Positions 24,156-30,143 of a stretch of DNA of 30,143 bases are shown here, piece after piece. The translations under genes and the position numbers were made by a program. Position 1 is the stretch's first letter, and each line of letters begins with the position of its first letter. Below the pieces are notes generated by a model. The model was not told the DNA's origin. It searched no databases and saw only the letters and a list, made by a program, of their open reading frames with translations. The DNA is taken from positions 1-30,143 of the forward strand of contig JAFQRU010000011.1 in assembly GCA_017409915.1 (NCBI GenBank), in the 5' to 3' direction. Source of the stretch: Clostridia bacterium. Its GTDB lineage: Bacteria; Bacillota; Clostridia; Monoglobales; Monoglobaceae.

Positions 24156-26519
24156 TTATCTTAAATCTGCGCCGACTTTATTCTTAAGTCCGGCTAAAAT
24201 TTTGTCCATAACTGCATTAACTTCGTCATCGGTTAAGGTTCTGTCGCTTGCTCTGAATGCTAATGAGTAGGCAACACTCTTCTTATTCTCGCCAAGCTGA
24301 GCGCCTCTGTAAATATCAAAGAGAGTGTAGCTTTCTAAGATTCCGCCCATTTCCTTTTCAAAAATGTCTGCAATATCAGCAACGCATACATCTTCTTCTA
24401 CAACCATCGCAATATCTCGGGTTGTTGCAGGGAATTTCGGAAGCGGTTTATAGGTTTTCTTTAAGTCTCCGCATTCAAATATTGTTGCAAAATCAAGTTC
24501 AGCAAGATAAACTTCTGCATTTATTTTATAGTTTGCGGCTACTGTCGGATGAGTCTGTCCCATAACACCGATTTTCTTGTCTTTGCAGTAAATCTCGGCG
24601 CATCTTCCAGGGTGGAATGTTGCATTATTGGAAGTGGCAACATATTTTACCTTTTTAATTCCCATTTCATCAAAGAGGTTTTCAATTGTTCCCTTTAAAT
24701 CATAGAAATCGCCGCAGCCATACATACCGATTGCAACGGTCTTTCTCTCATCAGGGAGAGTTTCGCCCTTGTTTATATATATGCTTCCAAGTTCAAACAA
24801 AGATGCAGACGGAATTCTCTTGTTATAGTTTGTCTTTAAAACCTCACACATTGAAGCGAGCATTGTTGTTCTCATAACGCTGTTTTCTTCGCCGAGAGGG
24901 TTAAGTATCTTAACAAAGCTATACTTTTCACTGTCCTTTGGAATGCTTAAAAGTTCGTTTTCCTTAGGGTCAGTAAATGAATATGTTATGATTTCATCAA
25001 AACCGTCTGAAACCAAAACATCCTTGATCTTTGCTTCCGCCTTCTGCTCAGGAGTTCTTCCTCCGCAAGTTACGGCAGTATCCATAAGTGTTGTAGGAAT
25101 CTTGTCATAGCCGTAAATTCTTGCAACTTCTTCTGCAATATCAGCCATTGATTCAATATCCCCACGGAATGACGGAACGATAACTTTATCTCCCTCTACC
25201 TTAAATTCAAGGGAAGTTAAAATATCAATCATTTCGTTTCTGCTTATATCCATTCCCAAGAAAGCATTCATTCTTTCAGGCTCAAAAGGAAGAACAAGTT
25301 TTTCTTTAAGAGTTCCTTTTACCTCGATTGTGCCTTCTAAAACATCGCCTGCGCCCATCTTAGCAATAAGCTGACAAGCTCTTTCAATTGCGCCGTCAAG
25401 GTTATATGGGTCAAGACCTTTTTCAAAGAGAGATGATGCATCAGTTCTCATTCCGAGAGCTTTTGCAGCACGACGAACAGCAGTTCCGTTAAAAGTTGCC
25501 GCCTCAAAGAGAACTGTTGTTGTTTTTTCAGTAACCTCGGAATTTGCGCCACCTATAACACCTGCAACGCCGATTGCTCCCTTTTCGTCAGAAATACAAA
25601 TCATTGAAGAATTTAATGTTCTGTCCTGGTCGTCAAGAGTTTTAAGGATTTCGCCGTCCTTTGCGCGTCTTACGATAATTTTCTTTCCTGCCACGCAGTC
25701 AAGGTCGTATGCGTGCATTGGCTGACCGTATTCAAGCATAACATAGTTTGTTATATCAACAATATTGTTTATAGCTCTTATTCCGCAAGCGGCAAGTCTT
25801 TTCTGCATCCACTCAGGAGACGGACCGATTTTAACATTTTTAACAACCTTACCCAAAAATCTCTGGCAAAGGTCAAAGTCTAAAACCTCAACTTTTGCAT
25901 TATCTTCTGCTTTTTCAGGAATCTTTTCGTAGTCAGTCGGGTCAGCAACTGAGAAATCATAGCCGAATGTTGCGGCAGTTTCTCTTGCTAAACCGATAAT
26001 GCTCATACAATCAGGACGGTTTGATGTAATTTCAAACTCAACAATTTTCTCGTCAAGCCCTAAAAGAGCGCAGGCATCAACGCCGATTGGTGTATCCTCA
26101 GGGAGAATTAGAATCCCTGTTGCTCTTTCTTTTGAAATTCCAAGCTCGTCAGTTGAGCAGAACATACCGTCGCTCACAACTCCGCGGAGCTTTCCTCATG
26201 TAATTTTCTGTCCGCCGTAAACTGTGGACTTGTGCATTGCAACAGGAACAATTGCCCCCTCAAAAACATTCGGAGCGGCAGTTACAATCTGGATTGGGGC
26301 GTCTTCTCCAACCTCAACCTGACAAACAACAAGTTTATCAGCGTCAGGATGAGCCTCAACCTTTAAAACCTTTCCTGTTCTTATATTTTCCGCCTCGCCG
26401 CCGAGTCTTTCTGTGCCCTCAACCTTTGAGCCGGACATTGTCATTTTATGTTCATATTCTTTTGTTTCGATTTCGCCTATATTCATATAGTCGCGAAGCC
26501 ATGACATTGGTAAATTCAT
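24156..26519 (-). CDS. pheT: Phenylalanyl-tRNA synthetase beta subunit, interrupted by an in-frame TGA at 26196-26198
   Basis: The two track ORFs are in the same frame and join as ...GQKIT*GKLRGVVSDGMFCS. Motifs HPDADKL, TSNRPD, NNIVDITNY and RDIA are present. Confidence 0.93.
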
Positions 26520-26541
26520 AATTTATTCCATCCTTTCACTA

Positions 26542-27561
26542 TTAAAACTGCTCTAAGAATCTTGTGTCGTTCTCATATAAAAGTCTTATATCGTCAATGT
26601 CATATCTGAAAAGAGCGACGCGTTCAAGACCGATTCCAAATGCAAATCCGGAATAAACATCTGTGTCAATGCCACAGTTTTTAAGTACTTTTGGATGTAC
26701 CATTCCGCAACCGAGTATTTCAATCCAGCCCTCTCCCTTACAGAAGCGGCAGCCTTTACCTCCGCAGTTGAAGCAGGAGATATCAACCTCTGCGCTTGGC
26801 TCTGTAAACGGGAAGTGATGAGGACGGAAACGAAGCTTTGTATCATCTCCGTAAAGCTTTTTAACAAAAACTTCAAGTGTTCCTTTAAGGTCGGACATCT
26901 TTATACCCTTATCAATAACAAGCCCCTCAACCTGATGGAAAACAGGAGAGTGTGTTGCGTCAACCGCGTCACTTCTGTAAACTCGGCCAGGGGAAATAAT
27001 CCTGATTGGCGGAGCCTGTTTTTCCATAACACGAACCTGAACAGGAGATGTCTGGCTTCTTAAAACCACATCGTCGTTTATATAGAATGTATCCTGAGTA
27101 TCTCTTGCAGGGTGGTCTTTCGGGATATTGAGAGCTTCAAAGTTATAATAGTCAAGCTCAACCTCAGGGCCTTCCGCAATTGTAAAGCCCATTCCCATAA
27201 AGATATCTTCAAGGTCGTTTAAAACCTTTGTAAGTGGATGAAGTGTGCCGTGGTTCTTTCTCTTACCAGGCATTGTTACATCCAGCTTTTCTGCTTTAAT
27301 TTTTTCAGCCATTGCAGACTTTTCGATTATCTCTTTCTTTTCTTCAATAGCCTTTTCAATAAAGGTTCTTACCTCGTTTGCCAGCTGGCCAACGATTGGT
27401 CTTTCCTCAGCACTAAGACCTCCCATGCCTTTCATAATGGCAGTAAGTTCACCTTTTTTACCTAAAAACTTTACACGAAATTCCTCAATTTTGTCTAAGG
27501 ATTTGATTTCTTCAAGTTGCGCTGTTGCGTCTAATCTTATCTGGTTTAACTGTTCCTTCAC
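26542..27561 (-). CDS. pheS: Phenylalanyl-tRNA synthetase alpha subunit
   Basis: [48 protein letters not shown] and [10 protein letters not shown] motifs. Confidence 0.98.
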   Translation of the reverse strand: MKEQLNQIRLDATAQLEEIKSLDKIEEFRVKFLGKKGELTAIMKGMGGLSAEERPIVGQLANEVRTFIEKAIEEKKEIIEKSAMAEKIKAEKLDVTMPGKRKNHGTLHPLTKVLNDLEDIFMGMGFTIAEGPEVELDYYNFEALNIPKDHPARDTQDTFYINDDVVLRSQTSPVQVRVMEKQAPPIRIISPGRVYRSDAVDATHSPVFHQVEGLVIDKGIKMSDLKGTLEVFVKKLYGDDTKLRFRPHHFPFTEPSAEVDISCFNCGGKGCRFCKGEGWIEILGCGMVHPKVLKNCGIDTDVYSGFAFGIGLERVALFRYDIDDIRLLYENDTRFLEQF

Positions 27562-27576
27562 TTTCCTCTTCCTTTC

Positions 27577-29607
27577 CTATTTCTGCCGTGCAAAATAATC
27601 GCCGGCAACAATTATATCGTTTATGTTTACACAGTCCATCATCTTTTTGTCGATTTCCTCAATATATTCACGGTTTTCTTCGGTTACAGCGAGAGTATCA
27701 TCTCTGTAAATTTTTCCGTCATACCAAGTCATATTGCTGAAATACGCAAAGCCTTTGTTGTTATCGTCAAATATATCGTCGCCGATATATCCCCCGAACC
27801 AATCAAGGCCGAAAAGGTTTATCATTGTGGGAAGGATATCCTTCGTACTTGAAACCTTTGTAACTCTCATTTTAGGAGACCCCTTATGATATATGAAGAA
27901 GGGAGTCTCCTCAATAAATCGCTCTCCTCCTAAAAGGGATAACCCTTTAACGATAGTCTCATCAGAATATCCGTAGGTATAGTGGTCAGCAAAAACCACT
28001 AAAACCGTATCCTTCATAAGTCCGTCTCTTTCAAGCTTTTCAACTAAAAGCCGAACAAATTCGTCTGTATCTTTTGCAAGAAGTCTTGCGTTATTATATT
28101 CTCTTGTAAGACTTTCCCACTTAGCGTCATCATATAAAGAATAGTCAATCTCAACGCTTTGAGAATCAATTCTCTGCATCATTGACTTAAACTCAGCAAC
28201 GCTTGTTCTGTCAACAAGGCTTGGATATTTGAGCTTTGCCGCCTCAATTTTATCGTCCGCATTATATGGAAGATGAGCCGAATAGGTTATGATAAAGTCA
28301 AAAAACTTTTCATTCTCCGTCATCTTTTTATAAACCGCTTCATCCTCTAAAAGCATTGTGTTACTGTCAAGTTCTGCCTCGGCCTCTTTCATATAGTCCA
28401 TAAATGAGATATAGTTCTCATAGCCAAAGGCTTTATGCATTGTTGCTCGGTTATAAAATTCCATTTTGTTGTAATGGAACTGGTTCGCCGAATACCCTTT
28501 TTCTCTGAACAGATTCGGGAGGGTATAAGGGAAATGGTTGTATCCGTAAATTGATGCGCTTGATGAAGATTTTGGAGTATAATACCCTGTGTTAAAGGCA
28601 AACTCTGAATTAAAGGTATATCCCCCTCCAAAAGGAGATGCGATATGGTTTTCAAAGTTTATCCCCTGATTCATAAGCCGATAAATCGTCGGCGTTGTTT
28701 CAGGGCTTATCATCCAGTCGTCTATACTTTCAAGCATAATCGCTATAACATTCTTATCTTTAAAGTAGCCTGTCATTTTATTGTTGGTCGGCTTCTTTGA
28801 GAAAAGGTCTTCATTGGTTTTAACATATTCGTCAACCTTTTCATAGTCCTCATCCGCAAAACCGCTGTCAGAAAAGATTGGGTATGTTGCGCTTCGCACC
28901 ATAAACTGGTAAATTCCCATAACTCTTATACATCTGTCTGGGTCAGCCATATCGGAATAAACATATCTAGGTCTTTTCCAGGTTGACCAGATTTTCGTAT
29001 TATTCTTCTCCGCCTCGCTTACCGTCATATATGCGGATAAAATTGCGATTAAAACGGGGAAGGCAATTGCAATATACCAGAACTTTTTCGGAACAGTCTG
29101 CTTTTGCCATTTTTTGCAAGCTAAAACCAGAGAGCCTATTGAAAGGATGCTGTAAAGAATCAGCCATGGGGAAACATACTGATAAAGTATCGGGGCATAA
29201 GCCGCACCCTCAGTTGCCAGAAATATACTGCTTAGCATAAAAAATCTGCCAAACATTGTATAGTATATAAACTCCGAAATCATAAGGATATTGGCAAGGG
29301 ATGCGATAATTATAAACACGATTCTTCCAGACCGTTTCGGAAGCATATATATGCACACAAACAAAACAAGCCCAATCCAAAGAAGCGTAAACAACACAGG
29401 AACAATATTGCAAAGGAACGCCCTAAGCCACCAGCCTTCATCAACTCTGAAATCTACGAAAATAACCTTTGACTTTAAAACCAGGTCGGGGATTAAAAGC
29501 GCAAGAAATGAGAAGAAGAAAAACCACAGACGGGTCCCCCTGAAAAGTTCACGGAATTTATTAAATATTCTTTTTCCTTTTTCTGTTTTGTCTTTAAATA
29601 AATTCAC
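27577..29607 (-). CDS. LTA synthase (LtaS)-like sulfatase-fold membrane protein
   Basis: N-terminal transmembrane helices, MLESID, TFNSEF (nucleophile Thr), FHYN and ADHY motifs. The GTG start is uncertain. Confidence 0.85.
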   Translation of the reverse strand: MNLFKDKTEKGKRIFNKFRELFRGTRLWFFFFSFLALLIPDLVLKSKVIFVDFRVDEGWWLRAFLCNIVPVLFTLLWIGLVLFVCIYMLPKRSGRIVFIIIASLANILMISEFIYYTMFGRFFMLSSIFLATEGAAYAPILYQYVSPWLILYSILSIGSLVLACKKWQKQTVPKKFWYIAIAFPVLIAILSAYMTVSEAEKNNTKIWSTWKRPRYVYSDMADPDRCIRVMGIYQFMVRSATYPIFSDSGFADEDYEKVDEYVKTNEDLFSKKPTNNKMTGYFKDKNVIAIMLESIDDWMISPETTPTIYRLMNQGINFENHIASPFGGGYTFNSEFAFNTGYYTPKSSSSASIYGYNHFPYTLPNLFREKGYSANQFHYNKMEFYNRATMHKAFGYENYISFMDYMKEAEAELDSNTMLLEDEAVYKKMTENEKFFDFIITYSAHLPYNADDKIEAAKLKYPSLVDRTSVAEFKSMMQRIDSQSVEIDYSLYDDAKWESLTREYNNARLLAKDTDEFVRLLVEKLERDGLMKDTVLVVFADHYTYGYSDETIVKGLSLLGGERFIEETPFFIYHKGSPKMRVTKVSSTKDILPTMINLFGLDWFGGYIGDDIFDDNNKGFAYFSNMTWYDGKIYRDDTLAVTEENREYIEEIDKKMMDCVNINDIIVAGDYFARQK

Positions 29608-29662
29608 TAAGTAATGCCTTCTTTACAAACAAAATATATATCGGAGACCGGCGAAAATTCAT
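29594..29662 (-). other. 22-aa upstream ORF (MNFRRSPIYILFVKKALLSEFI) overlapping the LtaS-like start out of frame
   Basis: Preceded by a strong SD-like GGAGAGAGG 6 nt before the ATG. Confidence 0.3.
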
Positions 29663-29694
29663 TTTTGCCTCTCTCCTGTCCATAGTTAAGAGAT

Positions 29695-29724
29695 ATTATA
29701 TCACATTTTAAATTAAAAAACAAT
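29695..29724 (-). promoter_or_regulatory. SigA-type promoter for the LtaS-like gene and pheST
   Basis: TTGTTT-18 nt-TATAAT with an extended -10 TG. Confidence 0.55.
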
Positions 29725-29778
29725 ATTATATTTGAATTTTCTCCATAAAATCAAAAAATTTCCTCAGGCGATTTTTTC

Positions 29779-29804
29779 ACTCATTTCCCTTGCCCACATA
29801 TTAT
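29779..29804 (+). promoter_or_regulatory. Candidate mother-cell (SigK/SigE-class) promoter
   Basis: AC-16 nt-CATATTAT matches the short AC-N16-CATA---T consensus. Confidence 0.5.
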
Positions 29805-29832
29805 GAAGTAAAAGGCAAAGGTGGTTTTAAAA

Positions 29833-30000
29833 ATGAGGCCAAGAAGAAAGCCCGTATGCGTTCCAAGACTTATCGGCTGTATGCTTATAACCTTAGGTCT
29901 TGGCATCTTCATTGCCAACATAATCCCCTACGCTCTTCTTATTTTCCTGCTTGGGCTTGAGATTATGATTTTTGGCATCTGCTGTTTGTTAAAACGATAA
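29833..30000 (+). CDS. 55-aa membrane protein with two predicted TM helices (not in the ORF track)
   Basis: MRPRRKPVCVPRLIGCMLITLGLGIFIANIIPYALLIFLLGLEIMIFGICCLLKR; SD AAGGTGG. Confidence 0.75.
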   Translation: MRPRRKPVCVPRLIGCMLITLGLGIFIANIIPYALLIFLLGLEIMIFGICCLLKR

Positions 30001-30025
30001 AAATTTTGGGAAAGGAATGGTGTTT

Positions 30026-30112
30026 ATGAAAATCGTCGTGGTAAAGCCTCCTAAATTCTTCCGAGGACTTTTAAAATGCATTTTCAGAGTGAGACCTGAG
30101 GGAAACTTATAA
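30026..30112 (+). CDS. spoVM: SpoVM family spore-coat morphogenetic peptide, 28 aa (not in the ORF track)
   Basis: MKIVVVKPPKFFRGLLKCIFRVRPEGNL, with SpoVM-like MK-hydrophobic-K-x-PKF and an amphipathic helix; SD AAAGGA. Confidence 0.8.
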   Translation: MKIVVVKPPKFFRGLLKCIFRVRPEGNL

Positions 30113-30123
30113 ATGAAAAAACA

Positions 30124-30143
30124 CGCATAGGAAACCCTATGCG
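30124..30143 (+). terminator. Probable terminator stem after spoVM (truncated by the window edge)
   Basis: CGCATAGG-aaac-CCTATGCG. Confidence 0.6.

Noticed and set aside
26196-26198. UGA recoding (code 4/25) or selenocysteine
   Set aside because: TGA is used as a stop at 7309-7311, Trp is encoded by TGG, the aligned residue is not Cys, Trp or Gly, and no convincing SECIS is present.
110-29614. Many other short antisense or alternative-frame ORFs in the track (e.g. 4377-4880, 8285-8635, 27245-27598)
   Set aside because: They overlap well-supported genes and lack an SD or family motifs.
1-30143. Prophage, IS, integron or defence island
   Set aside because: I saw no integrase, transposase, phage or defence genes, terminal repeats or evident compositional break.

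Overview
A 30-kb chromosomal housekeeping window from a spore-forming Clostridia-like Firmicute, read with genetic code 11. I saw no mobile element, prophage or CRISPR array. Most genes are on the minus strand: an LtaS-like gene, pheS, pheT (interrupted by an in-frame TGA), ireB, lipoprotein, MBOAT, DHHW; two HAD genes; a CNNM/CorC transporter; ppx and two TSUP half-genes; serC, serA and RNase P RNA (rnpB); pspC, ansA, apbE, an MBL-fold gene, DUF3006 and sigK; rnhA, three M42 peptidase paralogues, ynbB and a 56-aa Cys-rich ORF; tmk and metK. The plus strand carries an 81-aa Cys protein, niaX, an orphan trpB with mgtC, and a 55-aa membrane protein followed by spoVM. The most interesting signals are non-coding or very small: (1) a near-perfect TRAP-type (G/U)AG repeat array with an antiterminator/terminator in front of a stand-alone trpB; (2) an MgtL-like 'MDPLPR' leader ORF before the CNNM Mg2+ transporter gene; (3) hairpins on both sides of an intact sigK, one of which buries its Shine-Dalgarno; (4) several unannotated small proteins; (5) a catalytically dead third M42 subunit; (6) a premature stop in the essential pheT. 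All family assignments come from motif recognition by eye; no database searches were run.
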